NCBI GenBank assembly: GCA_963733035.1 | Contig: CAVTBU010000005.1 | Span: forward strand, 704,001-768,000 | Origin: Pirellulales bacterium | Lineage (GTDB): Bacteria > Planctomycetota > Planctomycetia > Pirellulales > PALSA-1355 | DNA: 64,000 nt | Direction: 5' to 3' | Shown: piece after piece, positions 23,740-33,581 of the stretch | Layout of the letters: each line of letters starts with the position of its first letter | How positions within the stretch are numbered: the stretch's first letter is position 1 | The notes under the pieces: model-generated | What the model was told of the DNA's origin: nothing | Seen by the model: the letters and a program-made list of their open reading frames with translations, nothing else | Database searches by the model: none | Program-made: the position numbers and the translations under genes

Positions 23740-24234
23740 CTACTGGTCGCCGCTGGGCGGCAGGGTGGAATGCGCCTGCACGCCATTTAGTTCCGCAAAC
23801 TCCTCGGCATAGTCGTGATTCTCAAAATCGAACCGGAGACCGTCGCCCAGGATGACCAAATTCAGCGGCCTGGGGTGCTGCATCTCCCACAGAATATAGG
23901 GGAGTGCGCCGATCGCGCCGGCGAGCGCCAACAGCTTGTACTCCCTCATTACTTCCCTGCCAATCATATCACTCAGAAAGACGAAGGTAGCCGCCATGCA
24001 GGCCAAAAGCGCGAACCGTCGGCGGTAAGTGATCCATTTCAATCGACGATCACATGCGTCACAGCCAGGCAATTTGATCCAACAAAATGGCCAAAAACTC
24101 GATAAAATGGGGGCGGTGGAATCAAAGGCCACCGTGCGCAACTTCAATTGATCGACGGGCTCATCTAGGCCGCAAATTGGGCACCAATCCGGAAATCCGG
24201 GTCGTTCCGTTTTTGATACTTTGACGTAGCGCAT
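23740..24234 (-). CDS. Hypothetical membrane protein with two CxxC pairs (paralog B)
   Basis: FPDWCPICG, LPGCDAC, two TM helices, YAEEFAELN; same layout as its neighbour. Confidence 0.75.
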   Translation of the reverse strand: MRYVKVSKTERPGFPDWCPICGLDEPVDQLKLRTVAFDSTAPILSSFWPFCWIKLPGCDACDRRLKWITYRRRFALLACMAATFVFLSDMIGREVMREYKLLALAGAIGALPYILWEMQHPRPLNLVILGDGLRFDFENHDYAEEFAELNGVQAHSTLPPSGDQ

Positions 24235-24339
24235 GGCCAGCGCTCCCAAGCAAGTGAATGCGCACAACGACATCCACCACTATAGTGCACGCGGAACTAC
24301 CCACAAGAGGTATTCTCGGGCCGTGGCAGTTGCCCGCAA

Positions 24340-24627
24340 CTACTTGGTTCCGTCGCGCATCGCTTGGACGATTCGCAGCCGGGCCGTATCGGACAAACCG
24401 GACTGTTCATCGAAGCGTTCCACATGGGCAGCCAAGGCGCGCGACATCCGCCGCAGAAAGTTGAGTTGCCGGTTGAAATGCCGGCAGCTGTGGCACACCA
24501 GCAGGTGTCCTGCCAATGCCAGCTGATCCACCAAGGGCAATCGCTCGTCCATGCGGCGTGAACTCAATTCAGCCGCCGACTGGCAAGAGCATGCCAAGAC
24601 GTGTTTCACCCGCTCCCAACGCCGCAT
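24340..24627 (-). CDS. Zinc-finger (zf-HC2/ZAS) anti-sigma factor
   Basis: C...HLLVCHSC (HxxxCxxC), directly downstream of the ECF sigma gene. Confidence 0.88.
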   Translation of the reverse strand: MRRWERVKHVLACSCQSAAELSSRRMDERLPLVDQLALAGHLLVCHSCRHFNRQLNFLRRMSRALAAHVERFDEQSGLSDTARLRIVQAMRDGTK

Positions 24628-24640
24628 GACGCTCCTCGGC

Positions 24641-25273
24641 TCAGGTTTCGCCTTCGTTGCCAAACCAACGCTTTTCCAAGCACGCCCGCAAAAGTTGGCG
24701 AGCCCTAAATAATCTCACGCGCACATTGCCAGCACTTAGCGCGAGCGACTTCTGCAATTCGTTTGCATCCATCCCCTCCAGTTCACGCAACACGAACGCG
24801 CTGGCGAGTGCCCGTGGCAATCGCGCGAGGCACCCGTCCAGGACGCGCCAGAACTCTCGATCTTCCACGATCCGCGACGGTGTTTTCCAACTGGCCACCG
24901 CGTTTCGCCACGCACCCTCGGCCGTAAACCACTCGGAAGCATCCACGCCGCCAGGCGAATCGATGTCGCCGCGCGCACGGGCCGCGGACACTTTCCGATA
25001 GTGGTCCACGATCTTACGACGCAGGATCGAGACGAGCCAGGTGCGAACGCTGGACTGCCCGCGAAAGGGTTCCCGCGCGCTCATTGCCGCGAGGAACGTT
25101 TCTTGCACGAGGTCTTCGGCGGTCTCTCGCCTACCAACTCGCATCCTCGCGAAGCGATACAGCGCGTCACCATGTTCGCCCAGCCAGTCTTCTGCCCGCT
25201 CCAACGTCTCGGGGGCGTCAGCACGGACAGCGACATTTGGGCGCCCCTTGGAATCCGACTGTGAACGATTCAT
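24641..25273 (-). CDS. ECF-type sigma-70 family RNA polymerase sigma factor
   Basis: AEDLVQETFL, TWLVSILRRK, CLARLP...FVLRELEG...VRVRLFRAR; C-terminal CLEKRWF. Start uncertain. Confidence 0.95.
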   Translation of the reverse strand: MNRSQSDSKGRPNVAVRADAPETLERAEDWLGEHGDALYRFARMRVGRRETAEDLVQETFLAAMSAREPFRGQSSVRTWLVSILRRKIVDHYRKVSAARARGDIDSPGGVDASEWFTAEGAWRNAVASWKTPSRIVEDREFWRVLDGCLARLPRALASAFVLRELEGMDANELQKSLALSAGNVRVRLFRARQLLRACLEKRWFGNEGET

Positions 25274-25353
25274 ACCGAAACTTGTCTCCTCATCTGCAAA
25301 TCGTCGTCTCATTCGCAAGGCCCGTCAAGCTGGAAAAACTTTCGTCGGAAGGT

Positions 25354-25383
25354 TGTAACGTTTGACTTTGTCGTTCGACTAAC
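25354..25383 (+). promoter_or_regulatory. Candidate ECF sigma promoter TGTAACG-N15-CGACTAAC facing the spondin/PEP-CTERM gene
   Basis: Exact repeat of the motif at 11239-11268; lies in the intergenic region beside the ECF gene. Confidence 0.65.
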
Positions 25384-25658
25384 TCCCCAACATAACTTCC
25401 AACGCCGCCCGCATTGCCAGTCGGCGTCCAACGGCCCGCGACAGCACAATGAAACCTCTGGAAGCGCCAGTGACCTGAGAATCTCGCCCCGATACGTCGT
25501 TTGGAACAAGACGCATCGTCCGAAGCCGCCCGCGAAGTCCCTCATTCTTCGCTTCGAGCTGCCGCCATCCCTGCGAGTATTCGTGCTTGGCGTGCGCGCC
25601 GGCGGTTCGCTTCACCGCTGTTAACATTCATCAACTTCGACCTGAGGAGCATCACGAA

Positions 25659-26480
25659 ATGTCGCCCCGATCTCTTAAAACCGCGCTGCGCAGCCTGTTG
25701 CTCGCCGGCGTTGCCTGCGTGTCCGCGACCGCCTTGGCCACGGATCTGCAAATCACAATCACGAACCAGAATCCCGCCGGCGGCTTCGCTTTTTCAGGTG
25801 TGTGGTTAGGCATTCATAGCGGCTCGTTCGATAACTTCGATTCCGGCAGTGCGGCCAACGGCGACGTTGAAGCCGCCGCGGAACTGGCTGACTTGGGCCC
25901 CGTTTCGACGACGTTCACGGGTCAAGGACCTCAAACGGTGCTGGCACCGGGTGGCCCTTATGCTCCGGGCGCAACCGCGACGACGACGATTAGCGTTCCA
26001 TCACCCGCGACGACACGCTTCGTGAGCTACCTGGCAATGGTTGTTCCATCGAACGACATGTTTTTTGGCAACGACGATCCACAGGCAGTGGAACTGTTTG
26101 ACGCCGGCGGAACTTTCCTCGGACCGACGACAATCAACGTCTTTGGTGGAAACGTGTGGGACGCCGGAACCGAAGTAAACAACGCTAACGACGGGGCTGC
26201 ATTCCTCGTCGGTCAGGACGCCACACTCGGCACGGATGAAAATGGCACCGTCGGCCTGTTTCTTGATCGTCCCGACGCGGCTACCTACCTGGCCAGCATC
26301 CTTGGGAAAACTACACCCGCGGGCTACGACATCAGTGAATTGATTAGCGCCCAAGGTTTGATCGCCACGATTCAAATTCAGGAGGTTCCCGAGCCCGACG
26401 CTTTGGCCCTGGCCGGCGTCGGCGCGGCGGCGTTGGTGCTTACCGGACGACGTCGACACGGTCGACGTCGCCCACGCTAG
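25659..26480 (+). CDS. Spondin-domain secreted protein with PEP-CTERM sorting signal
   Basis: RBS GAGGAG; signal peptide; SGVWLGIH...FD.G..A...AELAD, MVVPSNDMFFG, WDAGTEVN; C-terminal VPEP-TM-RRR. Confidence 0.88.
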   Translation: MSPRSLKTALRSLLLAGVACVSATALATDLQITITNQNPAGGFAFSGVWLGIHSGSFDNFDSGSAANGDVEAAAELADLGPVSTTFTGQGPQTVLAPGGPYAPGATATTTISVPSPATTRFVSYLAMVVPSNDMFFGNDDPQAVELFDAGGTFLGPTTINVFGGNVWDAGTEVNNANDGAAFLVGQDATLGTDENGTVGLFLDRPDAATYLASILGKTTPAGYDISELISAQGLIATIQIQEVPEPDALALAGVGAAALVLTGRRRHGRRRPR

Positions 26481-26549
26481 CGGAAATTCGTCAAAGAGGC
26501 AGAAGCGGCCCGTGCGGAACGACACCGGGCGTCTGGGCCGGCACTTGGC

Positions 26550-28954
26550 TCAGGCGCCCGGTTGCCGGCGCGAGACCCCAAGCGCTCGGTACGTCAGCAG
26601 CTTGGCAAAATCGTTGACCACGAACCACGCCAGGGCATATCCCCATACGACGAACGCCCATCCCCAACCGATGGGATTCATCAATCGGAATCCATACACG
26701 GCAATCAGAGTCGCCAGCAGCTGCGTGGTGAGCACGGCCGAAAGCAGGGCCTTCGACGGGGCGAATGACCAAAACGGCCCACGCGTACGCGTCAGGAAGA
26801 TTGTCAGGTGCCCGGCCACGGAGAGCTTCAGGTACATCAGCGTCTGAATCGTATCGCGGTCGAGTTTGAATACCTGTTCGCCCAGGTAGAACAAGCCGAA
26901 CGACGCGAACACGCCAAAGATTCCCAGCACCGTGGCCAGCGACAATACGCGTCGCATATCCCAGGCTTCCGGTCGATTCGCATACAGCACATGATCGTAG
27001 GCGATCGAGAGGATTGCTCCGTCATTCAAGAGTGCCAACAAGACGATCATAACCGCCGTTACGGGATAAAAGTTGAACGCGATTATCGACAGCGTCATGA
27101 ACAGCAGCACCCGGACCGTCTCGGCGATCCGGTAGATCGCGTAGCTGTTCATCCTCTGAAAGATTTTGCGGCTTTCCTTGATCGCATCGATGATCACCGA
27201 CAGACCCGGCGTCAACAGCACGATGTCGGCGGCCGCTCGCGCCGCGTCCGTCGCTCCCGAGACAGCAATGCCGGCATCGGCCTTTTTGAGGGCGGGCGCA
27301 TCGTTCACGCCGTCACCGGTCATGCCCACAATGTGCTCGCGTCCTTGCAACAATTCGACGATCCGATACTTGTGCTCGGGAAACACTTGGGCAAATCCAT
27401 CGGCGGCTTCGATCGCCTGGACCATGTCGCTGTCGCTTTTGTTTGAATCGCTGAAAAGCCGTGCATCGAGAATGTCGGTTCCGAGACCGATTTGCCTGGC
27501 AATCTCTTTGCCAATGGCGACCTGGTCGCCGGTGACCATCTTCACATCGACGCCCATGCCGCGGGCGGTGGCAATCGTGGCGGCTGAGTCGTCGCGTGGC
27601 GGATCGAAAAGCGGCAAGACTCCGAGGAACCGCCAGGGACCGTTGCCGTCGCGCCGCGCTACACCCAGTGAGCGAAATCCTCGCTTGGCAAAATCATCCA
27701 CCGCCTGTTCGACGGTTGGTCGCACCTGATCGGCGTTGGAAACCAACTCGGTAATGACCTGCGGTGCGCCCTTGGTGACCTGAAAGCTCTCGCCACCGGG
27801 TCCACGAATCGCGGCTTCGGTTCGCTTGCTCACCGGGTCGAATGGCTGGTAATGCGCAACTTGATACGCGTCGAGCTTCGCGGCAGCCGGCAAGGCCGCC
27901 AGAACGGCATTGTCGATCGGATCGTCGTCTTCCGACCGCGATGCCAACGCGGCACTCACGACAACGTCGCCGGGAAGAACTCCATCGAGCGTAAAAGGAT
28001 CCGCGAGCGCAAGTTGATTCTTCGTCAGCGTGCCAGTTTTGTCGGAGCAGAGCAGGTCCATCCCTGCCAACTCCTCGATCGATACCAACCGGCTTACGAT
28101 TGCTTGGCGCTGCGCCAACTTTCGAGCACCCACGGCCATCGTCACCGAAAGGACCGTGGGCATGGCCACCGGAATGGCCGCAACGGTGAGGACCAGCGCG
28201 AATTGAAAGGTCTCGAGCATGGGGTCGCCGCGCCAGAAGGCCACGGCAAGAATCAATGTGACGAGCGCCACGGCAATCACAATCAGGTAATTGCCGATCT
28301 TCAGCACGGCTTTCTGGAAGTGGCTTACGGTATGGGCAGCCGCCACGAGGCTGGCTGTCTTGCCGAAATAAGTGTGCACGCCAGTTCCGGTCACAACCGC
28401 GTCAGCTTCTCCCTGGCGAACGATCGAGCCGGAATAAACCGTTTCGCCCTGCTTACGCGTGACGGGGAGTGATTCGCCCGTGAGTGCGGACTGATCGACT
28501 TCCAGCGGATCTCCGGGCGCAGCGCGGCGTCGGCGGGCACGATATCGCCCAGCCGCAGTCGCACGAGGTCATCGGGCACCAGCTCTCGTGAGGCGATTTG
28601 GATCCATCGGCCGCCGCGTTTGACGCGTGCCTTGAGGGCCAGGCGTTCTTTCAACGCCGCAATCGCATTGCCGGCCTGAAATTCTTCCCAGGCACCGACG
28701 ACGGCATTAGCCACGAGCAACAGCAGGATAATGGCGAAGTCGTCCCAATGTTCGACGATCGCCGAAAGCACCAGGGCCGCCTCGATCATCCACGGAATCG
28801 GCCCCCAGAAGTAGCCTAGGAATTTAAGAAGCGGATTGTCCTTTTTCTCCGCCAGTTCGTTATATCCCCAGCGCTCGAGTCGCTCGGTCACTTCGCTGTC
28901 CGTGAGTCCGCCGGACGAAACCCCACTGGTAACATCGACGTCCTGGGCATGCAT
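26550..28954 (-). CDS. Plasma-membrane proton-efflux P-type ATPase, P3A/Pma1-like (frameshift at ~28515)
   Basis: FWGPIPWMIE, GDIVPAD, DQSALTGES (after frame correction), IPVAMP, CSDKTGTLT, KGAPQ, TGD, GDGVNDAPALKKAD, TM6 LLNDG...AYD. Confidence 0.93.
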
Positions 28955-29251
28955 CGCAGCTCTCCATGGGGTGCCGGTGAGTGCCACACGTCATTTTTAA
29001 CGAATGTGGGCGATCGGAAAAGGCCAGGACTAAACTGCTCGCTCGATTGAATTCCCGCCGGAATAGCGACGGAAGTCTTCGAAATGCTTTGCAAACGGAG
29101 GTTTCATCCTGCTTCTGGCAGCGTGACGAGACCGCGCGGTGCTACTCAGGGAAAATAGGGGAGCGGTGTTTCCTGAATTTTCAGACAGCAATTCCGATAT
29201 CGTCGGAGCGCGCACAATGTCCAAGTTATCGACCCGAAATGCCTCAGGCAA

Positions 29252-30208
29252 TCACAAACCTTCGCGAGCGGCCTTCACCGGGTTGGTTAGCGTACCGACG
29301 CCTTCGATCTCGACCTCCACCTTGTCTCCCGGCTTGATTGCGCTAGTGCGACCGGAAGTACCCGTGAAAATCAGATCGCCCGGGTGCAGGGTGACATGGT
29401 GGCTGATGAAACTCACCAGTTCCGGCACGCTATGAATGAGTTGGCTGGTACGTTCCGCTTGTTTGACCTCGCCGTTGAGTTTGAGTTGCACGAGGAGGTC
29501 GTCATAGTTGAGGCCGCTGGCGATCAGGGGGCCCACCGGTCCAAACGTGTCGCTTCCTTTGGCCCGCCACCACTGCACGTCTCCTTTCTGCCAATCTCGC
29601 GCGTGAATGTCGTTTCCGCAGGTGACACCCAAGATGCAGCGTTTCGCTTCGGCCTGGCTCACGTTTTTCGCTTCGCGGCCGATGACGATCACCAGCTCGG
29701 CCTCGTAGTGCACCTCCTTGGTGCCCGGCGGAATCACGATCGCCTCGCCATCGGCTATTAGGCAAGAGGGCGTCTTGAAGAAGACTTGCGGGACTTGAAA
29801 CTTCTTGGGAATCTCGCCCGGCTTTTCGGCGTCGACCGTGGTCTGGCTGTCGGTCTTCGTTTCGCCGGTTTTGGGATTGGTGGTTACTTTCGTGGTCGTG
29901 ACGATCGTGGTGACGAAGTCACCCGCGCCCAGATGGCTCTTGTAGCTGCCGGCCAGCGCGATCACCTGGCTCGGCCTTTCGACCGGTACCAACAGTTTGA
30001 CGCTTGAGAGGGGAAAGCTGCGTTCGCCGGCCTTCCATTCATCGAACAAGTCGCCGTCGATCTGGCGAATCTGGTCGCCTTCCACCACGCCGTAGGCCGT
30101 GGTGCCGCCGACTTGGAATCGCGCATAGCGCGTCACTTCACCTTGTGCGGCAGCTGCCGTTAGTGCGATGAACAACAAGCTGGAAGATGCCCAAAGTCGA
30201 TGATTCAT
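29252..30208 (-). CDS. Fumarylacetoacetate hydrolase family protein with signal peptide
   Basis: FFKTPS, HYEAELVIVIG, GND..ARDWQ, RAKGSDTFGP, TLHPGDLIFTGT; N-terminal hydrophobic AxA signal. Confidence 0.92.
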   Translation of the reverse strand: MNHRLWASSSLLFIALTAAAAQGEVTRYARFQVGGTTAYGVVEGDQIRQIDGDLFDEWKAGERSFPLSSVKLLVPVERPSQVIALAGSYKSHLGAGDFVTTIVTTTKVTTNPKTGETKTDSQTTVDAEKPGEIPKKFQVPQVFFKTPSCLIADGEAIVIPPGTKEVHYEAELVIVIGREAKNVSQAEAKRCILGVTCGNDIHARDWQKGDVQWWRAKGSDTFGPVGPLIASGLNYDDLLVQLKLNGEVKQAERTSQLIHSVPELVSFISHHVTLHPGDLIFTGTSGRTSAIKPGDKVEVEIEGVGTLTNPVKAAREGL

Positions 30209-30302
30209 GGCGGATAGTCCTCGCGCGAAAAATGTTTCTTCGTGTCCTTATGTCGGCAAAGCAGGCGGCAACTATCTTACCCCGGGCGAATCGCCGCGTC
30301 TC

Positions 30303-30785
30303 TCACGACCACCGCGGCGCCGGCTTGTTTTTCCATTGCCAGATGATCCAGTCGACGTTTTTCGGCTCGCCGCCAAAATCCCGCAGCCGCGTCATGCACT
30401 GTCCACGATGATGCTGGGTGTGCAACGCGGCCTGGACGAGCGCATCGGAACTGCTCAAGACGCACGGCGGCTCGGGAATCCAGGGAATCAGAACTTGGCG
30501 AGAAAGGTCTTCCTCGCTCAACGACGCCAGGTACTCGCTCATTTGCCCGTGCAGCTGCTCGGCCCACCGCTTGAGTTGGTCGTAACCGGCCGGCGGGCCG
30601 TCAGGCGGCAGCCCGGCGTCCTCGCCCTTGAGAACCGACATGAAGCCTTGCTGGACGCCGAGAATGTGTTCAACCCGGCGCCGCAGCTCTTCGTGGTCGC
30701 GCGCGGGACCCTTGCCCCAGGCATGAAAGAACACTCCGTCCGCCCACTCACAGTACGCAAACAGGTTTCGCAAGAATTCCAGCAT
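30303..30785 (-). CDS. DinB family protein
   Basis: RBS GGAGA; H (EHILG) and HTQHHRGQ metal-binding motif, G..P..DWI.W tail. Confidence 0.88.
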   Translation of the reverse strand: MLEFLRNLFAYCEWADGVFFHAWGKGPARDHEELRRRVEHILGVQQGFMSVLKGEDAGLPPDGPPAGYDQLKRWAEQLHGQMSEYLASLSEEDLSRQVLIPWIPEPPCVLSSSDALVQAALHTQHHRGQCMTRLRDFGGEPKNVDWIIWQWKNKPAPRWS

Positions 30786-30986
30786 CGCAGCATCTCCTGG
30801 CCGATACCAAAGCCGATTTGTCTCCAAACGATTCTCGCAGAGTACCGGCACCGTCCAGTGGATTCAAGCAAAACGAGACGTTTAAGAGAACGCCGGGCGA
30901 GGAAGCGGCGTCGAGCAATGCGTGGCACGTTGGACTAGATTTTGCATCACAGCACCGGGCAGGTCCGTTGCGGCATGAAGTGCGAG

Positions 30987-31784
30987 TCAGGCATCGACAA
31001 CGTATTTAAGCCATGCGACCAGATTGGCCGATTCATTGGCGACGTTGTGCAGCAGGATTGGCCATACCAGGCTGCCGGTACGCGCACGCAACCAGGCGAA
31101 GACGAAACCTCCGAGCAGGGGAAGAAAACCGGCCATCCAATTCAGCGTTACCGTCCAATCCGAAGAGATGCCGACGGCGTGCACGGCGGCAAACAAGACC
31201 GACGTAGCGACCACGCCCAACCCCAGGTCGGCCCCCAAGACACGGCGCCGGGGCGGCGCGACTCGGTCAACGAGCGCCAGGAGAACGCCACGGTACATTA
31301 GCTCTTCGCTTAGCCCAGGAAGCGATAGTTGAAACACATGGTCTTCGAGGCTCGGTACAGCCGGACCAATCAAGAGCCAAAACAGCGGAAGCTCGATCAA
31401 CAAAACACCGCCCACCGCAATCACCGCGGGACGAATTGAGCCCGGGCGCTGCTCTAGCGTCAGCCCCACTTCCTTCGGACTGACGAGACGAAACACGTAG
31501 ACGCAGGCAAGGCCCAGCGCGAAACTCAGGATCTTTCCGCCCCAATTGTAGGCGAACCCTTCCGGGCGGATGAGCGGAATGGCCCGTGGCAGGGTGAGCA
31601 GCAGTTCGTCGGCAATGGCGATCGCGGCGAATGCAGTCAGCGCCGAAATTGCGCAACGTTGCCTGGCCGACCGCGCCGGCAGCACGAACAGTAAAGCAAT
31701 TGCCGTCAACACGGCTTGCAAGACAACGCTTGGGATCAGGAGTTCGATGGGAAATATCCCTCGTGTGGGCTTCGAGTTTTGCAA
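30987..31784 (-). CDS. CPBP (Abi/CAAX) family intramembrane metalloprotease
   Basis: EELMYRG, FAAVH, TGSLVWPILLHNVAN motifs; multiple TM helices. Confidence 0.9.
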   Translation of the reverse strand: MQNSKPTRGIFPIELLIPSVVLQAVLTAIALLFVLPARSARQRCAISALTAFAAIAIADELLLTLPRAIPLIRPEGFAYNWGGKILSFALGLACVYVFRLVSPKEVGLTLEQRPGSIRPAVIAVGGVLLIELPLFWLLIGPAVPSLEDHVFQLSLPGLSEELMYRGVLLALVDRVAPPRRRVLGADLGLGVVATSVLFAAVHAVGISSDWTVTLNWMAGFLPLLGGFVFAWLRARTGSLVWPILLHNVANESANLVAWLKYVVDA

Positions 31785-31927
31785 TTCCAGCCGGCGGATC
31801 TTCCCATTTCATCAAACGCTTGAATTCCTAGCGCGGAAAACGATCTCAAATGCCAGGGTGGCGTTGACGCTCGATTCAGGCGGAAATCGAGTGGGTCGAT
31901 TCTGGTTGCTACCCGATCTTGTTGGAC

Positions 31928-33547
31928 TTAGGGGCGGAATTCGGCAATGACGAAGCAACACTGGCAGGCGATAACGGCCAATACGCTCCACAGCAAAGTG
32001 CGATGGACGGCTCGGGCCAGATCATCTTTGGCCTGCGAGGGAACGATGCCGCAGAGGGCTGCGATACTGCCTCCTAGGAATCCAGAGACGACGATCTTGC
32101 CAAAGAGATAGTGCGACCAATGCGGCGCGCGATCGAGTCCGTCGACCATTAGATCTACCGTGAGCGACAACGATGCTCCCTCATGTCCGGCCACGTAGAC
32201 GAAACCGGCCAGCACCACCCCGGCTACCAGGGCTAGCAGGGTGCCGATGGTCATGCACAGGACTTGGGCGATTACCGCTGGAACGAGGGCGTAGGCTTCG
32301 ACGCGCCAGCCGGCCATCGCCAGAGTTTCGAGCAAACCACCGCGCACTGCCGCAGCCAGGCGCGCGGCTTGAGCGGCCCCAAGCTTGGTCGTAATCAGCC
32401 CGCACGCACCCAGCGGCAGGACCACGCGCACCAGGGTATGTCCAGTCACGATCATCATCTCTGGTAGCAGCAATGGATCGAGCAATTCCGGCTTGGGGAG
32501 ACGCTCAAAAATAAAATAGGCCGCGGTGCCGGCAATTAGCAGGCAGCCGACCAGACTGAAGGCATGCGTGCCCGGTCCAATCGCATCAACAACGATCCGG
32601 CGCAACAAAAAAAGGGGCCGGTGCGGACCGAACAGTCCCCAGACAAACGCCAGCGGGCTGAGCGCGAAAGCGCCGAGAAGCCCCAGAGAACTGGACGCTT
32701 GAGAAACGATGAATTGGGCCAGCGATTTTTTTGTCGGAACGCTTTCCAACCGCAGCCGCGCCACCGTCTTGATATCTTTAGGGCGCCCCGCCGCATCGCC
32801 GACCTCGCATTCGATGATTCGGACCGCGTCTGCATCGCCCGGCCCGCAAAGTCGGAGTCCCTCGACGAACAGGTCGGGCTCATGCGTGATCACCAACACG
32901 ATGCACGCGGCGCTGCGTGCCAGTTCGATCAGGGCGCTGGCCATCGCTTGCGCCGACATACTGTCGAGCGCCGAGGTGGGTTCATCGGCGATGATAACCT
33001 CGGGCATGACGTCAATCACCTGGCGGGGCAGCAGCCCGCGAACGGCCGACATGCGAATGCGCTCGCCGCCCGAGGCACTGGCCAGGCTGCGCGGCATGGA
33101 TGTCAGGCGAAACTGGCCGGCCAGACGCTCGATCTCCTCGGCGGCGACAGCGCGACCCAGGTGCGAAAAGAGCGTCAGATTGTCCGTCACCGACAAGGCG
33201 TCCACGAATCCAAGCTTCTCCGCCTGCGGCAAAAATGCGATATGAGCACGTGCCGCCGGGTAGTAAGTCGCATCATTCCAGAGCATGTGCGTACGGCCCG
33301 TTGCATCGCTAAGCGAGACCGCCGCACGGCACTCCGTGACCGGACTGGAAAGTTCGCCGAAGCCAAGCAGCGCCCGGGCAAACGAGGACTTACCGCTGCC
33401 CGAGGGACCCACGACGAGATACAGGCGGCCTGCCTCTAGCGCGCAGTCGTGGTCGAGTCGCAGCCGTCTGGCGCCCAAAGATACTTCAAGCCGACCAAGT
33501 TCCAGCTTGGGGGGCAACGATCGCTGCGTCGGCACGTCGGAATTCAT
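31928..33547 (-). CDS. ABC ATPase fused to a MlaE-like permease domain
   Basis: Walker A GPSGSGKS, SGGE signature, IIADEP, ITHE. C-half resembles MlaE (RVVLPL...KLGAAQAARL...LETLAMAG...YALVP...KIVVSG). Confidence 0.82.
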   Translation of the reverse strand: MNSDVPTQRSLPPKLELGRLEVSLGARRLRLDHDCALEAGRLYLVVGPSGSGKSSFARALLGFGELSSPVTECRAAVSLSDATGRTHMLWNDATYYPAARAHIAFLPQAEKLGFVDALSVTDNLTLFSHLGRAVAAEEIERLAGQFRLTSMPRSLASASGGERIRMSAVRGLLPRQVIDVMPEVIIADEPTSALDSMSAQAMASALIELARSAACIVLVITHEPDLFVEGLRLCGPGDADAVRIIECEVGDAAGRPKDIKTVARLRLESVPTKKSLAQFIVSQASSSLGLLGAFALSPLAFVWGLFGPHRPLFLLRRIVVDAIGPGTHAFSLVGCLLIAGTAAYFIFERLPKPELLDPLLLPEMMIVTGHTLVRVVLPLGACGLITTKLGAAQAARLAAAVRGGLLETLAMAGWRVEAYALVPAVIAQVLCMTIGTLLALVAGVVLAGFVYVAGHEGASLSLTVDLMVDGLDRAPHWSHYLFGKIVVSGFLGGSIAALCGIVPSQAKDDLARAVHRTLLWSVLAVIACQCCFVIAEFRP

Positions 33548-33581
33548 GAATGGTCATTGCGCCGAGGATCGGTGCACCCAA

